Of a stretch of DNA of 64,000 nucleotides, positions 36,501 through 49,851 are shown piece after piece. The stretch covers positions 4,489,371-4,553,370 of the forward strand of contig MU054338.1 in NCBI GenBank assembly GCA_013239625.1, written 5' to 3'. Below the pieces are notes generated by a model. The model saw only the letters and a list, made by a program, of their open reading frames with translations, searched no databases and was not told where the DNA came from. The stretch is from Lama guanicoe (taxonomy: Eukaryota). A program made the position numbers and the translations under genes. How positions within the stretch are numbered: position 1 is the stretch's first letter; every line of letters starts with the position of its first letter.

Positions 36501-39500
36501 TGGATCCAGCAATGGAAAAATGAGTTTTCAGGGCCCAGGAGGGACATGTGAAGGTAGGTGCCGGGGTCTGTTGGGCAATCAAGTCCCATCTGCTTGCAAA
36601 GACAGCAGTGGTGGGGGAGGAGTGGAGGAGGGTCTCAGCCGAGTTCAAAGCCCTCATCTGCAAAGCTGAGGCCAGTGATCATTCAGGCATGCACTCATTC
36701 AACAATCACTTCTTGAGTACCAGGCACTATTCTATGGATGGCGGATACAGCAGTGAGTAACACAGACAAGATGTTTGCTCTCCTGGAACTTATTATCTAG
36801 TGTTGGTGGAGACAGATAACAAAAAAATAACTGCATGAACATACTGTGTGTCAGGGACAGTTAAGACAGATGGAGGCAGAGAAGGCAGGAAAGGCGGGTA
36901 GGGAGTGCTGGGGGTGTGGTTCCCCTCGTAAGAGAGTGGCAGGGAAAGGCCGTGCTCAGAAGCTGGTATTTGAGAGAAGATCTGAAGGGAGCGAGATATT
37001 GGGTATCTGGGGACCGAGGTTCCAAGAGGGAGAAACAGCAGGCACAAGGGCCTGGAGGCAGGATCCCAGGCATTGCACTGAGCTCTTCCGTATGTAGCTC
37101 ATGAGTTCTCCCAAAAGCTTGATGGTACCAGTGATGTTTTATTATACCCATTTTACAGATGGGGACACTGAGCCTCCACTGTGGTGGAATCACCTCTCCC
37201 AAGGTCAAATAGGAAACAGGACAGTTAGGACTGAACCGTTCCTAGTGTGACTTCCGACCCTAGGCTCCCAGCCGCCATGCTCTTCTGCCTCTGAGTGGGG
37301 CTGAAGCCCCCGGTAACTCAGGGTGGACTTGTGCAGGGCATATATCAATGTAATCATCAAATTCTCAGACTCTGAGACTTCAGATAGTCTGGAAATCTGT
37401 CCTCTAAAAGTTCCAGAGACAAGTGGAACCTGTATTTAAATCCTGGTTGTGCCTTTCATAAGCTATGTGACTGCACAATTTTTTTCCCATTTTTGACCTG
37501 GCATGGTTTTGAAGCCTCACTTTCCTTCTCTGAAAAATTGAAAACATTAGTTTGCACCTCAAAGGGCTACAATGAGCATTTGTTGAGTGGATACATGTAA
37601 AGGGTCTTCCTCATCGCCTGCCATAAAAAAAGTGCAACCTGTTTGCAGTTAATTATTTTAAAATTTAGTGAAGAAATACTTACGTGGTTCTTGTCACATC
37701 CCAGGTTCTGTTCTGAGTGTTTACAGGTACTGTGTCATCTTACTTAATCCTCTGAACAGCCCTGTGAGGGGGGTTATATTATTATTTCCATTTCCCAGAT
37801 GAAGAAGTGGGGACTCACAGAGATGAATTCTCTTGTCCAGTGTATTAGTCAGCTCAGGCTGCCGTAACAAAGCACCATAGCCTGGGTGGCTTAAAACAAC
37901 AGAAATTTATTATCTCACAGTCCTGGGGGCTGGGAGTCTGAGGTCAGGGTGCCAGCACGGCAGGGCTCTGGAAAGAGCTGTCTTCCTGGCTCACAGACAG
38001 CTGCCTTCTTGCTGTATCCTCACATGGCAGAGAGAGCTCCTGTGTTTCTTCCCCTCCTTGTAAGGACACTCATCTCATCATAAGGGCCCCACCCTCAGAC
38101 CTCATCTAAACCTAAAGATCTTCCAAAGATTCTGTATCCAAATGCCATCCCATTGCGCGGTAGAGCTTCAGCATGTGACCCTAGGGGGCGGTACCTCCCT
38201 TCACGGCACCTGGCAACACACAGCCTACAAGGCGGCAGAGCCGGGCTTTGAGCTCATGACGCCCATGCTGTCCACCCCTCCGGTCTGACACAGCGATTCC
38301 TTGGAGAGGAACTGAGATTCATCAGTGTAAGCGGTGAGCAATGAGTTTGAGGCTGAGGGAACCCAAGGAATCTGGACCATGAATTACGAAGGGCTTAGAA
38401 GCAAAAGATGAGCTCGGCTGGGAACAGACTCTCAGGCTCTCATATGTTCTAATGAGGAGTGTGCACTTTATCCTGGGCCATGAGGAGCCTCATCAGAAGG
38501 TTGGCATAAACGTGCCCCTGGATGCTTCCTTCTCCTGATGATGAAGTGTGTTTAAGAAGGAAACCCACTGGCTTTAGTCAGTGCTGGGGCTCTGAACGGC
38601 TGCTGTAGCCTCACATCCTTCATCCTTTTGATTTTCTGCTTCGATGTGGATGAATGTTCCAGGAGCTCAACTCTCTGTGGCCCCAGTGCTGTCTGCACTA
38701 ACACCCTGGGAACACACAGTTGCTCCTGCTTGCCTGAGTTCTTTCTGCCTGTGTTTTGGAGCCCTCAGAAACCTGCGGCTTTCAAATGTACAAGTAATTC
38801 TTCCAGCCGTTTTGGGGACTTCTCAGTGGATGTCAAACTACCCTGAAACAAAGTGGTTTACAACAATCATTGGTTCTTGCCCTTAAGTCTGTGGGTTGAC
38901 CACCTGGTTTCTCTGGGGCACTAGGATGGTGGGCGGGTCCAAAGCGGCCTTGCTTACATGGCTGTCGTTGGCACTTGTCTCTGGCCCCTCAGTTTTCCTT
39001 ATGGGCTTTTCCTCATGGCTGCTTGGGCTTCTCAGAACATGGTAGCTGGTTTTTAAGAAGCAAAAGTTCCAAGAGGAAGAAAGCAGAAACTGCCAGTCCT
39101 CAGAAGGCCTGGGCTTGGAAGTCCCTGAACACTTATTCTATCACACTGTGTTGATCAAGGGTCAGCCTAGATCCGGAGGAAGGGGGTGTAAACCCCCCAG
39201 CTCACTGGGGTAATACCATGCATGTAGAAAGCGGAAGGATCGATGGGTCCATCTTTGGAGTATCTTCTGTATTGCAGAACACATTTAATATTCTTGAACC
39301 CCCAGAGGAAATGCATGCTTCTTCCCATTAAAAACATTATATTTCTTCTCATCTGTTGATTTGCACAAGCTGCTGACATTGTTAGTAGCAAAACAATGGA
39401 GGGGCCAAGCTGAAAGGGCACCTTAGAGAGATTACTCCATCTCTAAGGGCTCCTAGGAACCAATTTGGAATCCCCATCAAGGGCAAGAAAGCAGGGCTAA

Positions 39501-42500
39501 GGACTTCCACCTCTCCTTCAGTCAAATGCTTCACCCATGCAGGTTTTACCCATACAGACTTCCTTGGCCAAAAATGTTTTGGAAGCCATGCACCTAGACC
39601 AGATCCAAGTGCAGAAAATGAATTCCATCTGTGCTCTCTCTGACAAGAGCTCACCCAGTTGACGCTTCAATATTTGTGGATGTGGGGAGCTTACTGTTAG
39701 ATGAAGTCCACTCCTTGGTTAGAGGTGTTTTCTGTGATACTAAGAGAAAACCACTTCCCCATATCTTCCAGCTATGATCATTCTTGTGTCCTTTGAAGCC
39801 TCCAGATTAGTCTGCATTCATATCACAAAGACTTCTCATCCCAGCTCTCCATGGTAATGCCCAGTGCAATATACCATATACCTGCGTAGGCTGCTAGAGC
39901 GGGTGTTGCCTATTTATTCTTCGTGTTTTGTGAGTTGACATAGAAATTTGAAAGATTGTGTACTACCTCCCTCCTAATCATTTTTCCCCTAGGATGTTGT
40001 ATTTCATATATTCTGTATAAGCTCAGAAACCCTCAGAGGGAGAGGTAACTATGTTGCCACAGTGACCTGACATCACGCTGTATTGTTAGAGCAGGGTTTC
40101 TCAGCTTCGGCACTAGTGACTTTTTTTTAATTGAAGTATGGTTGATTTACAATGTTGTGTTAGTTTCTGGTGTACAGCATAGTGATTCAGTTACATATAT
40201 ATAAGTATTATTTTCATTATAGGTTATTACAAGATGTTGATTGTGGTTTCCTGTGCTGTACATTAGAACCTTACTGTTTATGTATTTTGTATATAGTAGT
40301 TAGTATCTGCTAATCCCCAAATCCTAATTTTTACCCTCTGCCAACACCTTCCCCTTTGGTAACCAGCTTGTTTTCTGTCTGTGAGTCTCTTTCTGTTTAG
40401 TAAATAAGTTCATTTGTATCATTTTTTTAGATTCCACATATAAATGGTATCATATGATATCTGTCTTTCTCTGCCTGACTCACTCCGGTTAGTTTGATAA
40501 TCTCTAGGTCCATCCATGCTGCTGCAAATGACATTTCATTCTTTTTTATGGCTGAATAGTATTCCATTGGCTATATATACCATATCTGCTCTATCTAATT
40601 ATCTGTCGAGGGACATTTAGTTTGCATCCATGTCTTGACTATCGTGAATTGGCACTATTGACTTTTTGGGCTGGTTAGCTTTGTTGTGGGGATGCGGGGC
40701 TGTCCTGTGCATTATAGGATCTTTGACAGCATTTTTGGGCTCTACCCATTGGATCCCAGGGACTGTCAAAAATGTCTCCAGACATTGCCCAAGATCCCCT
40801 GTGGGGCAATTCTCCCTCAGTTGAAAATCACCAGCTAAACATAATAGAAATTTCTTACTCTCATAACAATTCAATATGGATGTACTTGGCCAAAGGGCAG
40901 CTTTCCTCCACAAGGTATGTAGAGATCCAATCTCCTTATATCTCTTGGTTCTTCTGACCCTTAGGACATTGGAATACCTGGTTCCAGCCAGCAGTGAGGA
41001 AAGAGGGAGAAGGCACACCCACTTCTTAGCCACCTTGGCTCAGAAGTGACATATGTCATACTCCCTCACATCCCATAAGTGAAAGCTAGTCACATGGTCC
41101 CACCTGGATGCAGAGGATTCTGGGAAATGTAGTCCCTGGTTGAGTTGCCGTGTTTTAGTGACAACTCTCTGCTTTGGAAGGGGAAGCATGACTTTTGTTG
41201 AATTGGTGGCCCACCCTGCCCCGTGCCTAATTCTACTCCGCAGATATTGATGAGTGCCGTGATAGATGCCTTTTTAATGCAATGTGCACCAATACCCCAG
41301 GGAGCTACTACTGTACCTGCAACCCTGGCTTTGCAGCAAACAATGGAAAGCTCAATTTCACAGGCCAAGAAGCAGACTGTACAGGTGAGCAGAGGATTTT
41401 CTGGACATCCCTGGGAAGAAGGGTCTCCATGTTCCTCTGGATTGTTTGATATTCCTGAGTTCTTTGCAGGTATTGATAAGTGATTCCAGGATCCATCACC
41501 ATGTGGCCCAAATTCTGTCTGCACCAATGCCCTGGGCTCCTACTTGTTTGATATTCTTGAGTTCTTTTCAGATATTGATGAGTGCCTCCAGGATCCATCG
41601 CCATGTGGCCCAAATGCTGCCTGCAACAATACCCTGGGCTCCTACAGCTGTAGCTGTGCTGCGGGCTTTCATCCCAATCCACAGGGCTCCTGGAAACACG
41701 GCAACTTCAGCTGCAAAAGTAATAATCTCCTTGCATGTCTTGGCAATGGAATCTGGGTCTTGCTGTGGGTGTAGAATCTTCACTTTACCCAGCCTCTGGA
41801 TCTTCCTCTTCCTTTCCCCTCATCCAATATTCTCTTTTTTCCCCTATTCACTTATTCATTAATTCACTCATTTGATAGATCATTTTTGGAGCATCAGTTA
41901 ATTAATTAACCAAACAGTCCCCCACACTAGGTACTAAAGATTTAATCGTGGATGTGATGAACATGATAGTTACCGTCGTGTAGCTTATAGCCCAAGGAAG
42001 GAGGCAGAGAGCACATGCATAATTATTTAATAACCACAATGAGTATGACAATCGAAAAATCGCAGTGCACTTTGGAGTGACTAATAGGATATTTAATATG
42101 CTCTGGGGAAGGACAGTTAAGCCAAAGCTTGAAGAGTAAGGGTTGTCCAAATGAAGAGTGGAGATCAGTGTTCCAGATTATAGCATGTGCAAAGGCCCTG
42201 AGGCTAATGCAGAGTGAGGGCATGGAGGAAAGGCATTAGCTGCATCTGAGGAGTAGGGCAGAGGTCAGATTCTGCAGGACCTTGTGTGCTGGATAAAGAA
42301 TTTTTGAGTCTTTTTGCTGGGAAATAAGAAAGTTTAAATTTTTTTAAATTATGGATTTTTTGACACATTAAACATATAAGTAACTTATATGAAGGTGGTG
42401 AAGTATAATAATGAGTATATCTGAGGCTCTTGCCAACATTAGAACTAGAATATCATCAATGCCATTGATTTCCTGCAAGCTTCTTTTCTATCTCGTATCC

Positions 42501-45500
42501 CTGGCTCCTCCCCAAAGGGAAACACTTGGAATGTTGTGTTTTCAATCCCTCTACTTAAAATATTTTCCCCCTAAACTGTCCTTGCTTGGTTTAGTTTGCT
42601 TTGAAGCTTTATAAAAATGGTAATATACTACCATTTTTATACATATAATCTTTTCTGATTTTCTCTTTTCACTCAATACCACGCTTTTCAGAGTTGCTGG
42701 TTTTATAGTATGTAGCTGTAGTTTGTTCTTTTCCACTGTTGTGTAATATGACAATGGATGGATTTCAAGCAAAGGGTGATGAAATCAGACTTGCCTTTAA
42801 TCACATCTTGCTGTGGTTAAATTTGATGTAGTTACTTTTGTCTTCTCCTTAGGGGCTCCCTTCAAGTGTAGAGAAGATGTGATACCCAACAATGAGTGGG
42901 TCCAGCTATGCCAAGTGGGAGCACTGGTGGAGGCTGAATTCGTAAGTATTTTTCAAGGTTCCTAGCTCTTGAGGTTTTCCCAGAAGGCACTTAGGTAGGA
43001 TGTTGCTTGCAGCTTTAACAGAGACAAAAATAACAGTATCCTATACCAGATAGAAGCTCATTTCTCTCTTTGTAACAGTCTGAGTGTAGGCTGATGAGAG
43101 CTGTTATGATGGCTCCAGAATACTCTGCCATCATCAACACAAGACTCCCTTGCTATGGTCCAAGATGACTGCTCCAGCTCCTGCCATCAAGCCTGCATTC
43201 CAGCTGGTAGGCAGGGGCAAAGGGGAAGAGAAAGGCACAGTACTTTCCTTTTAGAGTTTGACCCACTATCATGTCTGCTTATACCTAACTTCAAGGAAGG
43301 CTGAAAAAGAAGGATATTTGCCTATCTAAAGCCTGGGGATTCATTTACTAAAAAAGGAAAAGATGTTGCAGTCTCACTATTAGTGAAGCTTTATGTGCTG
43401 CATCTGTGTGATATGGAATGGGTGATACACAGCCTCCAGGTCAGGAAAAGATGAATCTGGATGTCTTGATCCTCTAATGAAGTCATTCTCTTGAGTAAAG
43501 ACTCCATTAGTATCTTCAGGAATTGATGTCACTATTTTAAATCTGAGCTTGTAAATTAGCTTTGGAATTCCCATGCACTTTGGATTTCTTTTAAAAACTT
43601 GTGAAATACACATAAAAATTCACCATTTAAACCATTTTGAAGTGTATGATTCAGTGGCATTTAGTACACTCACAGTGGTCTGCAACCACAGCTTTGATTT
43701 CCAAAACATTTTCATCCCCAAAGAAACACCCTCAAGAGAAACCCTGTGCCCATTAGCAGTTACTCTTCATTCCCTTCTGGCCTTAGCCCTGGGTAAACGG
43801 TAATCTACTGTTATCTCCATAGACTGACCTATTCCGGATATTTCATATAAATGGAATCATACACTATGTGTTCTTTTGTGTCTGGTTCTCTCATTGAACC
43901 TCATGTTTTCAAGGTCCATCCAAGTTGTAGCGAGTGTCAGTGCTTCACTCCTTTTCTGGCTGAATAATATTCCACTTGGACCACTGGTCTTTTCACACAT
44001 TCCCCCATCTTTTTACCCAACAAAATGGTTCTGCTATTTGTTTATATTTCCATTTCTTATTCATGGAAGAAAATGGTGCTGTGGTTCCAATTCTGGTCAA
44101 AGGGTGAGTTTTCATTTTCCTGAGAGTTCTAGACACTTGTGACAGCTCAGGAACTTGGGACCACCCTGAATGGTGGGCTTGATGGACCAATTTGTACATT
44201 TTATGCTTGATCAACGCTCACAAATGCTCTTCTCTTTGGGATACAGATTTCCTTTTGTTCACTAATGAATGCCACCTTCAATGTTCTGGATGATGTCTGT
44301 AAAAAGGAAACCACCGTTGTTTCCCTGAAGGTAATGATAAAGTCTTTGTAATCTTTGTTGAGTTTCAAATATCTTGGGGGTACAACTTGGATGCAGAAAG
44401 TCCTCTTTATAATTAATGAGTGTGAGTTAACATGTAACCTATTCGGATTGCAAGGTTTGAAAAATTAACATGCGGTAAAACTGTCCTTTTCTGTACAGTT
44501 TGGCGAATTTTATTACCTGAATAGATTTGTGTAACTACCACCAAAATCAGATAAAGACCAGTTCTATTCCCCCATCTTCCCCCAGCTCCCTCGGGCTTCA
44601 TCTTTATAGTCAGATACTCCCTCCACCACTGGCTCCTGTAAATCTCTGATCTGTTCTCTGTCATCATGGCTTTGTCTTTTTAAGAATGTTATATAAATGG
44701 AATCACAGTATGTGGCCTTTCGAGGCTGGCTTCTTTCACTCAGCACAATGCCTTTGAGATTTCATCAAAATTATGTTTACCAACAGTCCTATTGCCTTTT
44801 TGTTCTTTTTTGAGTAACCATTGGTGACGATTAATGCATTCACAATGTTGTGCAACCATCACCACTGTCCTGTTCCAGATCATGTTCACTGCCCCAAAAG
44901 GAAACTCCCTACCCATAAATAGCTGTTTCTCATCCCTCCCCCCTCAGCTTCCTGCAACCATCATTCTAATTTCTATCTCTGTAGACTTGCTATTCTGGGC
45001 ATTTTATGTAAATGGAATTGTGCAATATGTGGTCTTCTTCATGCAGCTTCTTTCACTGAATGTCATGTTTACAAGCTTCACCCACATTGTGGCATGTGCT
45101 AGTGTTCCAGTCCTTTTCGTGGCTGAGTAGTATTCCACTTTATGGATGCCCTGCAGTTAGTTTATCCATTCATTTTTGAAGGATATTTGGGTTGTTTGCG
45201 CTTGACCAAGATCTCTTCTTTCTCCCATCCCCACCCCAGCTTTTGGCAATTGCCAATAGAGCTACTATAAACATTCATGTACAATATGTATGTGTGTGTG
45301 TGTGTGTGAACCTGAATTCTCATTTCTCAAGGGTAACTACCTAGGACTGGGATCACTAGGTCATTACAATTTCAGATTTTAGGGTGAGGAAGGGTATAGC
45401 TCAAGTGGTAGAGTGAGTGCCTAGCATACATGAGGTCTTGGGTTCAATCTCCAGTACTTCCACTTAATAAATAAATAAATAACCTAATTACCCCTGCAAC

Positions 45501-48500
45501 AACAACAACAACAAAAATTTTAAAAAAGATAAAATTAAAAGAGAATAACATTTTGCTTGTATTTTGATTAATTTTAAATTGATTTATTAGTATAACGTTT
45601 ATTCATGAAGTGTACACATTCATAGGGTTTTCAGACTAAATTTCTATAAATAATAACAAATTTATTTAAATTCTGACAAATTTATTTAAATTCCCTCAAA
45701 CATTTTCTACCATTTACAAATATTCTCATTTCCCTCTAAATTTCAAATACCTATTAGGCACGATTTAAAACCTAAATGGCAAGGTCGCTATGCCCTTAAG
45801 GGATTCATAAATCCAATCAATCAAATGTATGAATATAATAATTCAGAGTTTTTAAAATGTTCAATACAGTATATATACAGCCACCTTCTCTTAAACTGTT
45901 TGTATCGAAATCACAGGTCTAATTGCTTTTTGCAATGAGATCATGAGGTTAACTGTATCACTTCTCTAATGTGTCAACTTGTTCCAACCCTTTAAACAAC
46001 AGGTTTATAAATTATTCCAAAGATTACAAAACCTTCTAAAATTAATGCAGAAGTGTTACCACTATGGAGTTTTAGCTTGCCTACGCTCTTTTCTTTCCTG
46101 AGGATATAAAATAACTTTCCCAGCTGAGGAGAATAGATTTAACACATCAAAGAGGGTTTTAATGGGATTTCAACACCATAAAATTGAGGGCCACTCTTTT
46201 CCAGGTTGATTCTAGCTGAGATTTTTCTGCTGTGTTGGTGGGAAGGGACCCCAAAATTACTCTGTTCAGTTGGGATGTGGTTACAGAACTCAGTGTATCC
46301 TGTTTTTCCTGGACAAACCTTTCTCAAGTTTCACCCTGACTCAGTTCTTCTTGAAATTCTTTTCATCTTCTTATGATCAAATTTGGATAGATAGAAACGT
46401 ACCTCTGACAAATTTCAGTTAATTTCCTTCACCAGTGGGCTGGATTCAAACCGGGTCCTCAGAAATAACCAATGTTAACCATTTCGATGTGTGTCTTTCC
46501 ACATCTTTCTACTTTGTGAATGCATGCATAACACACACACACAGACATTGAACCCATTTATTGAGTGCCCGCTGTAAGTGCTTTAGACCAGTGATTTAGG
46601 ATTCAGCCTCTGAAGCCAGACTTCCAAGTTTCAAATCTTGGTTCTGCCATCTACTAGGTATGTATCCTTGTTTCCCCAACCAGACTGGAAATAATAGCCT
46701 CTATTTCATAGGTATCTTCACAAAGTTAAATAAGTTAATATATATGACACTTCATACTTGGCTCACTAGAGGAATTAATTACATTTATCTTAAAATCTCA
46801 ATTAGTGCCAGAAACATAAATACCATAAATACCAAATTTTAAATGAAAGTGCTTATTCTTTAAAATTCAATATCTTGTAATAACTTTAATGAAAAAGAAT
46901 ATGAAAATGAATATATGTACATATACGCATGACTGGGGACATTATGCGTACACCAGAAATTGACACATTGTAACAATATATTTCAATTAAAAAAAACCTA
47001 AATGAGGCAGCATATACACATTATTCTGTAATTTGCTTTACTTGACAATAGCTCATGGACATGCCTGCTTGTTGATACATATAGATACTCTACATCATTC
47101 TTTTATAAACAGCTGCATGCTAGCCCGTGATGTGATTTAATCATAATGTATTTAACCAACCTGGTGGACATTTGGTCTGTCTGAATTCTTGCTATCACCA
47201 GCCACACTGAAGTGAATATTGTTAGACAAGACTCTTGCACAAGTTTTAAGCATTTCTGGGAGGATCGATTCCTGGAAGGGAAATTGCTGAGTCAAAAGCG
47301 TACGTGCAATTTGTACTGTGACAAGTGCTGACTCTCTGCCCGCCTGTCACAAAGGTTACACCGATTTTCATTCCCGGTGGGGCTTCTTGAATCAGGAGAG
47401 GGCAGCTAAGTGAATGTCCTTTTGATTCCTTGTTTTCCTAAACTGTCAATCCATTCTCTTGATGAGAGAGAGGGGACAACTGCTGTTTCACTGATGGGAG
47501 AGAGACAGGGCAAGCGCATCTTTCCTTGCAGAGTACCGCTGAGAGCTTCGCCTCTGTGATTGAACAAACATCCACATGGTCCAACTTCACTAAAGAGAAG
47601 ACATCCACGCTGGCCACAGTCCTGCTGGAGAGCGTGGAGAGCACCACACTGGCAGCTCTTCTGAAATCCTCGGAGAACAGCAGTCAAAGTGTTCAGACGG
47701 AATACTTGGGTAGGATATTTACTTCATGGCAAGGTCACACTTGGGTGCAGCTTTAGAGCGGCGACTTTGGCATTGTGAGTCTCCATATACCATTTCCCCA
47801 ACTGTTTCTAACCACTGAAATCACAGCAAAGCAAGTCTAATCATCTTAACAACACCTTCCTTTTATCAAGTGCCTGGCATTGTGTCAAGTATGTATTACT
47901 GAAAAACAAAAGTGTATTACCAGGCGCCGCTTGAAGTGTGTCATTAGTTCGTTCAACAAATATGTGTTGACTGCCCGCGATGTGCCAGGTGTTCAGGTAT
48001 GATCGCTATTTTCCAAGTTCAGATATTCCCAGCTCCCTCTTCCCCTGCAGGACTGTACTTCCTGGCTTGGGTTTAGGTGGGGGTCGTGACTAGTTCAGGC
48101 CGATTCGTTGTGACTGCAGTTGTTGCTGGCGTGAGACCACGCGGGCCTTTCTTCCCTCTGCCCTAGGGACTGGCCTTGCTTCAGATCACTGTTTGTCCGT
48201 CTCCCTGGGTCCCAGGGTAAAGCTAACACAGAACACAGCCCCAAGTCAGTGCGTTAATGGGAAATAATTGTTGTTTTTAATCCACTAAAACTTGGGGCTG
48301 TTTGTCACTGCTGCTCGCCTGACCCTCTGCTGACTGACACAGGCGTGGCTTCACTGCCCTGAACATGCTTGATGGGGACTGCTTGCGAGTGCTGGGGGCT
48401 ATGCCTCCTTCACGGCAGCACCCAGCTCCTGGTACTGCTTCCAGTATCAGTCACATAACCCTAGGAAGTTCCGTCCTAACAGGTGCCCAGGAGGCCAAGG

Positions 48501-49818
48501 CGGAAAAAAAGCATTTGGTGGACTGCCACCAGGAGTGAACAAAACTGGCCCCATGCGGCTTACAGTTTAGTAAGTTGAGTCAGGCAATAAACAAACAAAC
48601 GTCTGGTATACCCGGCAGAGCGTGTGCTCTTGGGAAAAATCTAGCAGGGCGCTGGGTTAGGAGGAGGCTGGCCCCTTGCCCACTGCGCTGTGCTTGCTCC
48701 AGACCTTTCTGATTTCCTTTGGCTTTTGGAAAACTTGTCTAAATGTGGAGTAGCCCGAGGGTCATAACTCTGCTGCCCTCCATCGCTGCTGACTTCTCCC
48801 CCGCCTTTCCCCCGGGCACCCCCTGAGACGTGAACACTCGTTCCTGACGTCCCAGCTGCGTTTCTCATTTGTTTGCTGCTCCCATCCTCCTGTCCTTCAT
48901 CCAGGGGCTCAAGACCGTTCCCGCGGCGAGCGGCCCTTTCCATTCTTTGCAAGAAAGGTACACTGGGGTGTGTGCCTTTCCTGGCCAGAGACCACACTGA
49001 GGATCCATTTTGTTGGGTGACTCCGGGCAAATTCTCCCTTTCTCCTTTCAGATATTGAGAGCAGAGTTATCAATGAGGAATGCTCTGAAGAGAACGAGAC
49101 CTTTATCTTGAAAGCAAAAGGGGATGAGATGAAGATATGGTGTTCCACCATCAAAGAATCTGAATCCGCAGGTACACGCACACTCCTGACAACCGGGGAG
49201 GGCGGCTGTGGTGCATTCAGTCAGCGGATACAGACTGATGCCCTGCTAGGCGACAAGCCCCGCGCCAGGCGGTGAGGGAGCCAGCGGTGGTGGGCGCAGA
49301 GGGAGCCCGTGCCCTCCGGGGGTGTCCGTCTCTGAGGGGAGTCGGGCATTGAACAGATTGTCTCACAACACTGGGGCGCCAAGACATTCGACTGCCCAGT
49401 ACGGCAGCCACTGGTCACGCTTTGTTACTGAGGCCTTGAAGTGTGGCCAGGCTGCGAGCATAACACACATACCGGATTTCAAAGGCTTGGTACAAAAAAA
49501 AATGAAGGATGTAAAATACTTCATTAATAATTTTTACACTGGCTACATGTTGAAATGATAATAGTTTGCAGGTATTGAGTTAATATGTAATTAAAATTAC
49601 CTGTTATTTTTCACTGATCTACCATGCATTGCTATATACAAAACAGGTAAAAGTCAGGGACCTCCTGTAGAGCACAGGGAACTATATTTAATTTCTTGTA
49701 ATAACATGTAATGGAAAAGACTCTGAAAAAAATATATCTATGTGTATGTATAATTGAATTGCTTGGCTGTATACCTGAAACTAATATTGTGAATCAACTA
49801 CACTTCAATAATAAAATT

Positions 49819-49851
<33 letters not shown>

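Noticed and set aside
35832..41483. Two Cys->TGA codons (35832, 41481) read as selenocysteine or readthrough recoding
   Set aside because: TGY->TGA is a single-base change, both exons show other decay or truncation, and I saw no SECIS-like element. The 3' UTR is only partly in the window and SECISearch was not run.
45540..46440. AT-rich unique-looking segment as a hidden coding or transposase remnant
   Set aside because: The frames I translated contained stops and no recognisable motif, so it cannot be supported without a Dfam or BLASTX search.
49190..49420. CpG-richer intronic patch as an internal promoter
   Set aside because: It is short and I saw no supporting exon or initiator structure.
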